DNA of 64,000 nucleotides from Octopus sinensis (taxonomy: Eukaryota). Location: the NCBI RefSeq assembly GCF_006345805.1, contig NC_043006.1, forward strand, positions 89,280,001-89,344,000. Reading direction: 5' to 3'. Made by a program: the position numbers and the translations under genes. Below are positions 23,332 through 36,939 of this stretch, piece after piece (the stretch's first letter is position 1; each line of letters starts with the position of its first letter). The notes under the pieces are model-generated. The model made no database searches. It saw nothing but the letters and a program-made list of their open reading frames with translations, and was not told the origin of the DNA.

Positions 23332-24800
23332 AGCAATATCTATTTTCTTTCTGCCATCCAATATCTATAATTCGCTTCCTGCCATCCAATATCTACAATT
23401 CATTTCCTGCCATCCAAAGCATACTAAAATCAATATACCCTTTAACTTTGCAAGAAGAATTTGCATGATTGTATCTAATCCATACATCTGGAAAAAAATG
23501 ACTCCAAGAACTTAAAGATATATTACAAGAAAGAAAATATCTGGTCAGTTTAATCAATAACAAAATAGAACATGCAAAAAAGACAGATACCCAATAATTA
23601 TGAAAAACAGGAAAACTCCTTGTTATACTTAAAACTTTATTTATGTATCAACACACAAGCCAAAAAGCATGGAAGCATACATCATCCATTAGAATATATC
23701 CCTTCAGATGAATGACCTGTGAATGAAAAAAAAACTCACAATACACAAAATATTATTAAAAGTAAAAGACAACCTAAATCCCTAAAAAAGTTATGTATTA
23801 GCACCAATTACCCACAAAAAATACAACCCCACTAGTCTAAAAATATGATCACCCTAACTGTGGAACATGCATCAACCTTATGGAAGGTCCAACATATGAA
23901 CTGAAGTCAGGTTAACATTCACATGAAACATCATTCCACCTATAACATCGAGGAATTTAATATATGTTCTCAAATATGGTAGTTGTGATGGTGACTGCAT
24001 ATGTTAAATGAACTTAACATTAAGGGACAGAATGATGGTATACAGGCAACAAATTCAGGACACCGCAACCAGGAAAATTGCCATAAATGAATACTTAGAT
24101 CAGTGCCCCATGAACAAATATCCAAAATACCAGATTTTCCCTCTCTATTAATGTACCAGAAACACTTCCGCCCAGTTCTGATTAAATAAGGAAAATATGT
24201 TTATTAAGAAATATAAACCACAAGTGAATTGAATAGCTTCTAACAACACACTAGAATGAGAAAACTCAATTTCTTCCCAAAAACCAACCAGAGACAACAA
24301 ATATAAATCAAAAGTTTAACTAACGAGCTCTCTCAGGGCTTCAAAATCTGAACTCCAAACTACTGTACAATAACACCACCCTCTCAAACACCAGTCACTG
24401 ATGTCACCTTAGGTTGAACAATTGTTTCTGGATTAAAACTGAACCCTTAGGAAAAAACAAATAACCACTGAACAAAGCGAATCAGTAGCTTCTGAACGGA
24501 ATCAACAAATTGGAATGTTGGAGATGACCCTCAGACAAAAACAGGTTACCAAGTCCTTTGACAAAAGCAAACATGTTAGCAGAAAATCAACCAATCAGGG
24601 TACTGGATTTCTACTGGTCAAAGACAAGGGATCAAAATGTTCAACAAACAAATGACATCACCTGGAAGTCAACCAACCAGATTGCTAGACTTCTGTCAAA
24701 AAGATATTTGAACAAAACATCCAGAAACCAAGTAACATTTTAAGGTGGCCAGCCAGATTGAGAAAAACAAATGACACCATTAAATTTACAACCAATCAGA
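23332..24800 (+). mobile_element. PLE copy 2, thumb/GIY-YIG and 3' region
   Basis: CHPKHTKINIPFNFARRICMIVSN and NLIYVLK. The 3' region has ccaatcag/tgacatca motifs. ctgccatccaatatcta is triplicated at about 23350-23415. Confidence 0.8.
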
Positions 24801-24984
24801 ACTTGATCCTTTACCATAAACACATACACACACATCAACATCATCATTTAGCATCCACTTTCCATGCTAGCATGGGTTAGATGGTTAGACTGGAACTAGT
24901 AAACCAGAAAGCTATACCAGGTTCCAGTCTGATTTTGGCTTGGTTTCTATGGCTCAATGCCCTTCCTAACACCAAGCACAAAAC

Positions 24985-25450
24985 CAATGGTTAAGAAAAT
25001 GTGAACATCCAAACTGTGAAGCATACCCCTACCAACAGTAAGGCACGGAATTCCAATTCAAACAAGGAGAGAGGTTCACAATTAAGACCAGCTTCACTTG
25101 TGCATCCGAGAATTTAATTTATGCTATAACTTGTTCAGGTTATGGATGCAACTATATAGGACAGACAAGTATGTCACATAGATGGATAACCACACTACAT
25201 AAGGAACAGATCCATTTACCAAGGTATAGATAGATACCTTTGAGTGAACACATAGAGAGATGTGCAGAGAATCTCCAACCAAATTTCACAGTTTTCCCCA
25301 TCTGCCAATGCAATCATACAGTTTAAGATTTTGTATGTTTATCAATCTCATCCCCAAAATGAGCAATTATCTCCCCTGTCCTAAGTAATAATTATCACCA
25401 ATTACCTCCCCTTAGATTTTTCTACTTGCTGATTCATTCACAAACATTCA
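24985..25450 (+). mobile_element. PLE copy 3, GIY-YIG fragment
   Basis: KCEHPNC...FTIKTSFTCASENLIYAITCSGYGCNYIGQT. Confidence 0.85.
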
Positions 25451-26257
25451 TACAAGAACATGGGCTAAAATATTCTTAAGAAAATAAGAAGTTCCAATAA
25501 TTTCAATGTCATTTCAATATACTCCCACTCAGTCGAGGGCTTTTTTCTTCCTCCTTCCATTATTTTTTCTTGCAAGTTATTTACCAGCCTCACTAGTACC
25601 AGTATCATAAAAGAAGGACCCAGTAGTCTCTGTAAAATGGTTGGTGCTAGAAGGGCATCCAGCTGTAAAAACCATGCAAAACTAATGCAGTTCTGTGTCA
25701 GACCCAGTCAAACTGTCCAACCCATGCCAGCATGGAAAATAGATGATGATGATGATGTTGTAACTTGAATCACTTTTAATGAGATAATATGTCCTTGTTT
25801 TGTTTTTTTTCATTTTTTTAAACACAACAACAAAGACTACTTATTGCAAAAGATTCAGATGCAATCCATAAATGACAAACCATAAAATATTGGCCATAAC
25901 TGGCTTCTCTCTATGGCTTTTGATTTTTTCATAGCTTGTTTTCTTTATGAATGAGATATTTATTATCAGCAGTAACTCTGTTTCATTTCATTTCCGATTT
26001 CCTTTGACATTAACATATCTCTGTGGTGTCAGTGTAATAGACACACAAATTCATTCTCTAATAGATTTTTAAAATTATTTGTTTTTTTTCTTTTTGCTTC
26101 TCTTGTTTTGAATAAAACTTATATATATATATATATAAGTGTGTGTGTATATACACACACACACGCACATATAGAAGTAAAAATATGTGTATGTATATGT
26201 ATGTGTGTGTATATATTCACATATATATACGCATATATATATATATGTGTGTATGTG

Positions 26258-26293
<36 letters not shown>

Positions 26294-27094
26294 TACACAC
26301 ATCAACAACTGACTCAAGAAAAACTAATGTATATCAACACCAAAATATTCAAGAAAAAATAAAAACAAAACAAAGCAAAAAATATTTCCTCCTCCTTCAG
26401 TTGAGAAGTGGTTTATCTCCTTGGACTATTTCTTTGAAATTTTGGTTTATAGGTTTAGGCTAAAAAAAATTTGAAACAGTCCAGCAAATAATTCCCCAGA
26501 TTCTGATGGTTTGATATTGAACAGTTTTTTCAGTAACTATTGCAGTAAGCGCTGTATTTTCTTTCAAAGAAACCAAAGGAATAAGCAAGGGTTTTTTATC
26601 AATAGTTATCTTTAAATATTGGAATATTTTATAAAGTAGTCACAAGTTTTTGAGAGAGGATATAAAAAGATGTATTTCACTATAATGAATCAAGTTTGGT
26701 TGGAGTAAGAATTACGAGAATTTAACCTTGTTGGCGCTTGAAGATTCAGTGGAGCACTTTGTATATTCACTCATTTGTTCATTTGCTTAAAGTTTTTTTT
26801 CCATGCTACAATGGGTTTCATATGCAGATTGAGTTGAAACAGGGTGTTATGGTTGGATGTCTTACCTTTCATCAACACTTAGCTGTTTTTCAAGTAAGGG
26901 ATAATTTTATTATGCAGGTCTCTGAAAGTACATGGGATATCAACATTGGGACCTCTTCACTCTTGTGGTGATGAGCATGGAATATATAAAAATTGACATG
27001 CATTTGCATGAACACATGCACGAATATGCATGCACACACACACACACACATATATGTATATGTAATTGTGTGTGTGTGCGTATATAATTGTCTT

Positions 27095-30000
27095 CATCAA
27101 CATCATTTAATGTCCATGCTGGTAGGGGTTGGATGGTTGAGACCAGGGTTGGTAAACTGGGGGGGGGGGGGCTGCACCAGACTCCAGTCTGATTTGGCAT
27201 GGTTTCTGTGTCTGAATGCCCACACTAATGCCAGCCATTCTGAGAGTGTAATGGGTGCTTTTACATGTCACCGGCATGGGTGCCATTTGCATGACACCAG
27301 TATCTGCAATGACTGTGATTTTACTTGGCTTGATGGGTCTTCTTGAGCACAACATAATGCCAAAGATCTTAGTCATTTATCATTGCCTCCATGAGGTCCA
27401 ACACTTGAAAGGAGCTTTTCATGTGCCACTGGCATTGGTCACATTGCCTGTGTGAGGTCCAATGCTCAAAAGGTGCTTTTTATATATCACTGGCATAGGT
27501 GCCAGTTACGTGAAACCAACATTGGCCATGATGATTTCACTTGGCTTGATGAGTCTTCTCAAGCACAGCATATCACCAAAGGTCTCAACCATTGTCTCTG
27601 TGAGGCCCAAAGTTCAAAGATCATGCTTCACCACCTCATCCTATGTCATCCTGGGTCTACCACTGTCACACGTTACCCCCACAGTTAGAGATCAGCACTT
27701 CTTTCTACAGCTGCTTTTGTCCATACACATCACATGACCATACCAATGTAGTCATCTCTCTTGCCTCTTATGCCCAAATTTTCTCTCAAGATGTTTACGT
27801 TGTTGAACATGCACACTGACATTGCACATCTAGCAAAGCATGCTGGCTTCATTTCTTTCAAGCCTATGCATGTTATTGGCTGTCACAGCCTATGTTTTCC
27901 TGCCATGTAGCATAGCTATTTGCATCATACAATCTGCCTTTACTCTGAGGATGGAACAAGGCTGCTGGAGTTCTATGATGTGAATGACCTAAAGTTTTTC
28001 AACACCAGCTTCAGGAAACCAGCCAGTCACCTGAAAACCTATAAATTCGGTGACCACACTAATCAGATTGACTACATTCTCGCCAGAATGTGAAATTCAT
28101 GGTTGCTTATAAATGCAAAGACCTTCTCTTATTTCCCTTATTAAGAATGTACCCCTCAGCACAGGTTAATCATTAGTGACTTCAGACTACAGGCATGAAT
28201 GATTCCAAGAAGCAAGCCCTTTGTTGCCAGCAGAGGCAGGAGCTCTCTGAACTTTGCCCATCCTAATCTTATTTTCACAGCTATGCTCTTGGAGTATCCA
28301 CCTCCACTACTAACTTGGTCACCTAGATAACGGAAGGTATCTACCACCTCTAGCTTACTAGTTGATGGAGTCTATTTTCTGTACATTTTGGGTGTTTATT
28401 ATACCTGTGCATCTTCCACACACAAAAGCTATTTTACCTGTTAACCCTCCTCTAATATTGCTGCATCTCTTATGTGTCCATAGCTTACACTGAGTACACC
28501 TTATCGAGTTTCTACCTATGCCTTTTCTACATATCAAGTGGGGCCATCTCCTTGAAGGGATTTGTGATTTGTCTGTTTTCCTACTTTCTAAGACTTTGGT
28601 CTTTGCTCAATTAACTCTAAAGCCTTTTGATTCCAAACCTTGGTTCCACACCTGAAATTTCTTCTCTAGTCGTTAGCACAGAGGAGCACCCAAGGGCAGC
28701 CTGACTTAAATTCCTGTTATTGCCTGGAGGAATATGATGAACAAGGGGGGGGGGGCTGAGGACTGATCCTTGGTGAATACCTACTTGTACCATGAATTCA
28801 TAGCTGTACTTGTTGCCAACCCTCACCTTACTGACAGCATCCCTGTACATAGCTTATTCAGCTCACACCACATTAACCAACAGATAATGGACTAGGGGAC
28901 CCTGCCAAAGTCTTTCTCCATCTCAACAAAAGACAAGTACAGAGCTTTACGTTTGGTCAAGTACTTCTCCTACAGCTGCCTTACGAGGAATATAGCATCA
29001 GTGGTGCTTCTCCTTGGTACAAAACCAAACTGAATCTCATCTAGCCTCTCTTGCTAATTTGTTGAGCTATGACTCTCTCTGTAACTTTTATCACCTGATC
29101 CAACAATTTGATACCTCTGTAATTATTTTTGTCTAAGGCATCATATTTACCTTTGTAGCAGTTGACTATGGTGCTGCTGCATCAGTCACTGGGTATGACT
29201 CCCTTGTGTGTACAACCTGATTACCTATATGGGCGACTAAACCATAACTCACACCACCAGATATTTTAAGCATCTCAACAGTGACTCCTGATGGGACAGA
29301 ATTTTTTTCCATCTTTATATTCCTCAAGGCCTTATCTACCAAGCTATTATCTATTCAGAGCGCTGGTCCCTCTGTTGGATCCACCATAGGCAGACTCTCT
29401 TTCTCCTATGAGTTCTCTACATTTAGCAGCCTTTCATAGTGGTACTTCTAAGCCCCCTTCTTTGCAGAGTCACTAACTGCAAATCATCCATGCGAATGCA
29501 CTTCTCTCCAACAACTTCACAATTTTCCTTTCTAACACACTGTCTTGCAAACCAAAACACTTCAAGCTGCTGGTCTTCATGCTGCAGGACATTGGCAAAC
29601 TTCTTCCTTTCTGCTTCATCCCTGTCTGAGTATACCTGCCTCTTAGCTACCCTTCGAGCTATATATAGTTCCTTGCTAGCACCACCCTTCCAGTCCTTCC
29701 ACCACCAAATTTGGTCTGTGGCTCTCAGTAAGTTGTTTTGTAGGAACTTCCAGTTAACCACTATGTTACATATCTGTAACTCCTCCTTCTCATTAAACAC
29801 TTCAGTTAGGATGTTTCTGATATTCAAAGGATCCTTAAGCTTCTAGATCCTTCTTTTCTAAACAAGCTTGCTTCTTGGAATCATTCATGCCTGTAGTCTG
29901 AAGTCACTAATGATTAACCTGTGCTGAGGGGTACATTCTTAATAAGGGAAATAAGGGAAGGTCTTTGCATTTATAAGCAACCATGAATTTCACATTCTGG

Positions 30001-30290
30001 CGAGAATGTAGTCAATCTGATTAGTGTGGTCACCGAATTTATAGGTTTTCAGGTGACTGGCTGGTTTCCTGAAGCTGGTGTTAAAAAACTTTAGGTCATT
30101 CACATGATAGAACTCCAGCAGCCTTGTTCCATCCTCATTTTGAGAACTAATTCCATGGCTCCCATGTACTCCACAGAAGACCCCAAGTGCTGTCCAAAAT
30201 GTCTATTGAAATCAGCCATGAAGACCAGGTCTATCTTTAAGGTAGCCTGCAAAAGAATGTCATAAAAATGGTCTTATTGTTCGTTAGGCA
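27095..30290 (-). mobile_element. RTE-clade LINE (APE endonuclease + RT), degraded, with 3' tail
   Basis: Reverse strand contains DLVFMADFN and QIDYIL (APE), VRVGNKYSYEFMVQVGIHQGSVLSP and VDTFRYLGDQVSSGGG..LGWAKFRELLPLL (RT). It ends in the RTE 3' UTR and an (ATG)n-like tail. Confidence 0.9.
27946..28217 (+). repeat. 272-bp inverted copy of 29866-30137
   Basis: Base-by-base comparison gives 3 mismatches in 272 bp. Confidence 0.95.
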
Positions 30291-30389
30291 GAACCTGTTT
30301 GGGGTGGGGGGAATAGGCAGAGATGAATGTTGCTGTGCTATTTTGCAAAACTAGTCTAAGCTTAAATCATAAATTACTGGGGTTCAGAA

Positions 30390-31143
30390 ACCTGAACCCC
30401 AGTAATAGAAATTGGCCCAACAAACACAGACGATGGGAAGAAAACAGCTACCAAAGACAAAACAACACATACAGACCATATAGACCACTCCTACTGCTAC
30501 AAGAAAACCTAAGAACTGAAAATGGAATTTGGAGACGCAACAACACAACCCCTTTTTTAGGGAAAGGATACTTTAACCATACTCCAGACCCAATACACCA
30601 AAAATTCCGAATGAACACACAAAGCACATAGACCCCAAAATAATAAACCTATCTAAAAGAGAACTTAACGAAAATGAAATGAACCTACTACTAAAAGGCC
30701 TCAAATTTACACCTACACCCACTCCAAATCTCATAGAACTAAAAACTGATATAGACAACTTCAGCCACCACCTCCGCTTTATGGAATTCTTTGAAAATAA
30801 AGAAACAGAAGATAACTCAATCATAAGAAAAAAATCCCATTTCACCCCTTACAAGGGAAGTGACAAACACCTAGACACATACATAGAGACAATCTCTAAA
30901 TTTCCTCTCAACACACACAAATGCAAACAGAACCTTCACAGAGGAGAAAAACAAGCCTTACAAAAACTAAAAAAATGACAAGTCGATCATTATAAAAGAA
31001 GCTGACAAAGGTGGAGCAATAGTAATTATGGATACAGGTTACTACAGAGAAAAGATACTGGAGTTGCTTAACAACCAGACATACTATAAAGAGGAACCAA
31101 CACCACCGGAGAAAGCATCAATAAAAAAAATTAGAACATATGT
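30390..31143 (+). mobile_element. PLE copy 4, N-terminal fragment truncated by a SINE
   Basis: IINLSKRELNENEMNLLLKGLKFTPTP...a frameshift, then IIIKEADKGGAIVIMDTGYY. Confidence 0.88.
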
Positions 31144-31478
31144 GGAGGCACATGGCCTAGTGGTTAGAGCAGCGGATTTGCGGTCGAGGGATCACAGGTT
31201 TGAATCTCAGACCGGGCGATGTGTGTGTTTATTAGCGAAACACCTAAGCTCCACGTGGTTCCGGCAGAAGGTAATGGCGAAACTTCTGCTGACTCTTTCG
31301 CCACAACTTTCTCTCATTCTTTCCTCCTGCATCTTGCAGCTCACCTGCGACGGACTGGCGTCCCGTCCAGGTGGGGAACCTATACGCCAAGGAAGCCGGG
31401 AAACCGGCCCTTATGTGCCAGGCATGACTTATTAACGGCGGTGCATCAGCATGGCCGCAGTTCTAAGCTGAAACAAAA
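31144..31478 (+). mobile_element. tRNA-derived SINE (composite with the 41178-family tail)
   Basis: A-box tggcctagtggttag and B-box-like ggtttgaatctc. Central gcgacggactggcgtcccgtccagg. It ends with ggcggtgc..cagcatggccgcag...ctgaaaca. Confidence 0.8.
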
Positions 31479-31847
31479 TATATATATATATATATATATA
31501 TGATATATGATATATGATATATGATGTATAAAAATATGTAATATACAAATAAATATCTGTAAATATAAAACCATCCGAATTTCTGAGTACCTCATTTCTT
31601 CTAATATATATATATATATATATTTCTTTAACACATCTTTAATGATTCAATACAATTGTTTCCATACCAAATCTGCTTGCAATGCCAGTTTATGCAAAAA
31701 TTCAAAGTGAAAATTTATGTTTGAAGTTTTAGACCTTAGAGGGGCACTTCATCAGATTTGCATCAAAGGTGCACCCTTACATTGTGCATCTTGCAGACAT
31801 TTTTTGTTTTGGCTTATACCAGGAAGAATGATTAGAATAGGCATCAT

Positions 31848-31931
31848 GGAAGGAGGAGGAGGAGGAGGAGGAGGAGGAGAAGAAGAAGAAGAAGAAGAAG
31901 AAGAAGAAGAAGAAGAAGAAGAAGAAGAAGC
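31848..31931 (+). repeat. (GGA)n(GAA)n trinucleotide microsatellite
   Basis: Visible run. It is the source of the poly-G/poly-E and poly-S/poly-F ORFs. Confidence 0.97.
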
Positions 31932-32367
31932 TGCCGCAAAGTAAATCAAAAAAAGACAATAGACAACAAAATAGTTTATGTGGACTAAAAATTCTCAGAA
32001 TGGTCAGTTAATACAACATTGTCACAAAATTTCATTCAATGGGTGAACAATTATTTCAGTTTGCCATTATTGTCAACTTTAAGTAGACAAAAGGGAACTT
32101 GATAGCAATGACAACAATGATTGCCAGTAAGAAGATGGTGAGAAGGAATAAAAATGATAGGAATAAGGATACTAGTGATGTATGCGATGGGGTTAGGGTT
32201 ATGTGGGTTGTAGAATGGCAATAAAGCACATGTTAGCCATTAGACCTATTCCAGTGACCTTAGAATGTGATATGTGGAGGCATAAAAGGGGGGAAAAATG
32301 AAAAAGCAGGGGGAAATCTAATGGGAGTGGGTGTGTCCTAAACAGTTGAAGCAGTAACTAAGAATTT

Positions 32368-32732
32368 AAAGCATTAATAAATCTCTGAACGAGATATAAA
32401 CAGTAACCGCTTGACAACATAAAGTGTACTAGCCATCTGAATGTGGCTAGCCACTGGGGGTGGGGTGTTACTGACGCTTTTAGCCCCAGGTGATCAACGT
32501 CACCAGCTGGCCTTAGACACAATTTCAGTGCCCTTGTGTTATTTGCAAAGGGAGGTCATCCTCCCTCGAAAACCTAAGTGATACATACGGACTATAGTTT
32601 CAAGGTAATTGCCTCTCGTCAAGCGTCAGTAACACCCCACCCCCAGTGGCTAGCCACATTCAGATGGCTAGTACACTTTACGTTGTCGAGCGGTTACTGT
32701 TTATATCTCGTTCAGAGATTTATTAATGCTTT
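32368..32732. repeat. Foldback element: 112-bp inverted arms, 141-bp spacer
   Basis: Arms 32368-32479 and 32621-32732 differ at 2 positions, both CpG-type transitions. Confidence 0.93.
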
Positions 32733-33589
32733 CAGACAGTTTTTCTAAATCAGTGACTGTGGTTGCTGTGAAAAACGTTAAATATTATTATTTGCAAAGG
32801 TCTCCTTCATCGAAAACTGGTGTTTACCATGCGTTGACGAGTAATATAGATATAAGAGCCCTATAAAAGAGACTGCAGTAAAATGAGATGAAGATACAAT
32901 ATATAATGTATTAAGTTTAAAAATTGAGAATAAGAGTTTGGAATTAGCAGAAATAAAATTAGGCATAAGTTAAGCAGTAAGTTGCTAATTCTAAGTGGAG
33001 GATGAGATAAGATGCAGACAGTGCAAATTGATAGCTAGTAATATAGAGATAGCAACCCTATAAAGGGGACTGCAGGAAGACAGGATTGGGGTAAAGTACA
33101 GATGTATGAAGTTTAAAATTATAGCAATACAAGTAAAATATAACAAATTGTAAATTATAAAAAAATAATAATTACGGAAGAAGTGGAATAAAATGAAAAA
33201 TGAATGGTTGGGGAAACACAAGTTTCTTTAAACATTTAAAGAATGAGTGTTTAGAACTATCAGAAATTAAAGTAATATATAAGTGATGCAATAAAAGGTT
33301 ACTTGTCTATAAACAAACAAGAAAGAGAAAAAAGAATGAATGCAAACATTGAGAGTAAAAAAAGTAGAAATGCCATGAGAGATCGATACCAGGTTATGGT
33401 GTTGGGGTATAATGTAGGTTTGAATCAAATATCATATGAAGATTACAATGTCAAAGATTACAAAGACTCAGTGGTAAGCAGTGTGAACAAATAAGTAAAA
33501 TAATAATAATAATCAATAATTTTTTTGAAACTTTCAGATATCAAGAAATGGTGTTGATGATTATGATGAATATTACCTTACCTCAGTTT

Positions 33590-34500
33590 ATGAGAGACAG
33601 GAGTTTCCGAAGAACTCTGGTTGTAACAGCGAAAACAAAGCTGGACCTTTAAGGGAAGGCCTCTCACTCAGCAATGGACCAGTAAAGATGCAGACTGACC
33701 ACAGCTGTCATCCTAATACAGCATCAGTAGATAATGGAGTAAGGAAGAGGAAATGGACCAGCGAAGGAAACAGGATAGTGATACAGTGCTAGTTAGAAAG
33801 TGAACCTAAATGAAGGGGCTATAGAAAATGGATGTTAACACTTTGAGTTGAGAAGGGTACGTTTAAAGTGACTGAGCTGAGATTAGCTGATCAAGTTAAT
33901 GCTATTAGAAGAAAGTGGATGACAGAATTGGAGGTAGAAGAGATCATGAGAGAACTGGAAAAGAAAAACCAGGCAGTGGGAAAAACAAACAACAACATAA
34001 GAGATACATCTCAAACCAAAGAAGAACCTAAAGAAAAAAATAATAATAGTGCTACCAATAAGGAAGGGACAACTGGCAGCAGCGACTTAAGTGATTTAAG
34101 TGAGGAAGATCAGAAGATTTTAGATGAGTTGCAGGAAGTAATGAGTAAAGAAGTAAGAAAAAGATTGCCAGCATTAAAAGGCATCAACAGAAGGAAACTA
34201 CAAGAAAGGACTAGGAAAGTAGATTCTGTTACCAGGAGGATAGATACTAAAAAAATATAGGAGACACTACCTTATTGATCTATGCAGGAGGGGCAGTAGT
34301 CACCAGAAGATTAGATATCTCACAGGAAAAAGATTAAAGAAGAGCACATGTGGAGAAAGAGACTACAAAATAAAGTGAAAACTTTAAGACAAGATCTGAG
34401 TAGAATAGAAACCTGGAAACTGAACAAGTTAGGAAATACAAGATGCAAATCTTCCCTTGAGAAAAGATATGTAGTCAAAGAGAAAGGATGCCATCAACAT
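33590..34500 (+). mobile_element. R4/Dong-clade LINE, N-terminal fragment
   Basis: RKWTSEGNRIVIQC..SEPK.RGYRK...TELRLADQVNAIRRKWMTELEVEEI. It is homologous to 51570-52240 (HGWLTELELE). Confidence 0.72.
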
Positions 34501-35108
34501 CTGGGTTAAATAGTAACATAAATGATTTCATATAAAAGTTCTATATATAAATAATTTGAAAGTTGAAAAGCTTTTTGGATGACACATAACTTTTCATATA
34601 AAGATTGTGTACCCTATTTTGTCAAAACAGTTCATTTTTTTTTCTAAAATATAATTTTTGCAAATAGAAGAAATATAAACGCCAAATTTCTGGTGAAAAA
34701 ATTGTATGAAAACAAAAAATTTAGAAAATAGTTATAATTTAATTTGAAAACTCTAATCCTTTCATAGGAAGCAAAAAAAGTTATTCTATGATGAATGATA
34801 AAATATGCTTGAGGAGAAAGGCTAGGCTAAGAATGTTTGAACATGTTAAATATCTGTCTTTATGAATGTAATAAGATAATGATGGAAAATAATTATTGAA
34901 AATAGTTGGGAATGGACTTAATTTTTAAGTTTTGGAAACCAGAACTAATTCTGTGATAATAACACTTCATAAATGGCTGGGAGACTTTGAGATAAAATAT
35001 TGGAAAAATAAATACAGAAATAAATAAACATTTCTTTTTAATATTGAACTTATATATTTCAAATTTCCAGTAAATGTACACACGCTCATATCAACCAATC
35101 TGTCTGTC

Positions 35109-35115
35109 TGTTCAT

Positions 35116-35187
<72 letters not shown>

Positions 35188-35190
35188 CTG
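35109..35190. repeat. (TATC)n tetranucleotide microsatellite
   Basis: Visible run. Confidence 0.9.
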
Positions 35191-36329
35191 CCTGTCTACA
35201 CACACACAAACATGCAAATATATCTACACATCCACAAATATCTTATAAGCAAGAGACTGTCAAGGCTTCTAGGAATTACTCTTTTATTTTAATAGATAGA
35301 AGACAGTTGTATGCAGAATCATTATTGGAGATGTTTTTCAGACCTTTTTGTTTGTTAGCTATCATTATTTTTTCTGTATTTGTTATTATCAATAATGAAA
35401 ATAAATATATCTAACATTCACTGGAAATGAAAAGTCAACCAGCCTCACCAACTCTCCTCAAAGAAAACAAAAAAAGAAAGAATGAATGTGAGAAAAATTA
35501 AAAATGGAGTGTATATATTGAAAGTTTATTGGTTAGACATTGTGATTATGCTTGTAACTGAAATCTTTTAAGATATATCTTAAGGCTAAATAAGATTTTA
35601 CCAATAAATGATTTCCTTAAATAAAATAAACACAAATTTCATGTTTATTTTTAATGATGTTACACCTCAATCAATTCTCTCTCCTTCATCCCCCTCTTGC
35701 ACTGTATCTGTGTGTGTATGTGTGTAGATATGCTTATATATGTGTGTATACACACATATGTGTATGTGTATATGCCTGTATGTATGCATGAATATGTATA
35801 CATACATATACAGAGAGAGAGAGAGAGAAGGAATAGGAAACCTTGTGTGTGGATCTGTTAGACAAAAGCTGAAAGAAGTCTGCTCTGTGTGTGCATGTGA
35901 GTGTGTGTGTGTGCATGTGTGTGTGAGTGTATGTGTGTGTGTGATTTCATATTTCCCTGTGGTCAGTGGTTTGTAAACAAGGGTATCCAGATGGTGTCAT
36001 TTGCTGGCAGACCATTACAAAAGCATGCTTGGAATTTTAAACACACACACATGTATATATGTAGCTCTCTCTCTTTATATATATGTGTGTGTATCTATGT
36101 ATGGCATTATTTAGTTTTATTTCAAGATTTCTTGCCAATAGAGAAAGAAATGGTTTCTAACCTAGATCCAAGGCTCCTTTATTGGAATTTCAACAACATC
36201 AACAGAGTATTTTTGTAGCTATGTAAATACTTGTGTAGACTTGCATGTTTTGTTTTATGCTTCTACCTTCATGCATATACTTGCATATCTAGACATGCTC
36301 ATATATATATTTAAATGATAAACTTCTGG

Positions 36330-36930
36330 AAAGTTTTAAAGATTTTCAGTTTCAGTGATGGATTGGAGCTGTACTCTTCAAATAAGCTTTCTCCTTTCTG
36401 GTTTTGAGAAGCCCAATTTCTCAAGATTGGTATTTAGGCAGTGTGTTACATATCTCAGTGCCCCAGTAATTACAATATAAACCTGAACTTGTAATCTGGA
36501 TAGAATAACTGCAAATTTCTCAATAGTTTAGTATAGGTATTTTCTTTTTTACTGATTTTTAGCTTCATGTTAATGTCTGCTGGGCAGCTGATTTCCACAA
36601 CTGTACAAAGTTTCTCTTCTCTGTCTCAAATCATTATGTCAAGTCTGTTGTGTTTACATTTTATTGAGGTTTTCACTGGGACATTCCACCAGAATTCCTT
36701 TTTATTATGAATGGCTATCACTTCTACCATACTCTTATTTCTTTGTCCTCAGGGTTTTCCTTCCAACAGATCTCGTTATACAGTATCCAAGCTACAACAT
36801 CATGTCTCATCGGTAGATAATATCATGATGACATTGGAAAACTGCTTATGATGTGGATGATGTCTTTGGCCTTAACTCCACAAAGTCTGCATGGATTTTC
36901 ATAATTTGCTGCTTTTCCTGATCTCAGGCA
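36330..36930 (-). mobile_element. RLE-type (R2/R4-like) LINE C-terminal fragment
   Basis: Reverse strand reads EFWWNVPVKTSIKCKHNRLDIMI*DREEKLCTVVEISCPADINM...KE (restriction-like endonuclease PD..E motif). Confidence 0.8.
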
Positions 36931-36939
36931 AGTTACTGA

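Noticed and set aside
31028-31435. 135-aa ORF beginning with PLE-like sequence
   Set aside because: It is a chance read-through from the truncated PLE copy 4 into a SINE, not a gene.
31717-31959. Poly-G/poly-E, poly-S and poly-F ORFs
   Set aside because: They come from the (GGA)n(GAA)n microsatellite.
32795-32825. Minus-strand tcgatgaaggagacc hammerhead-like start
   Set aside because: There is no closing stem II or GAAA.
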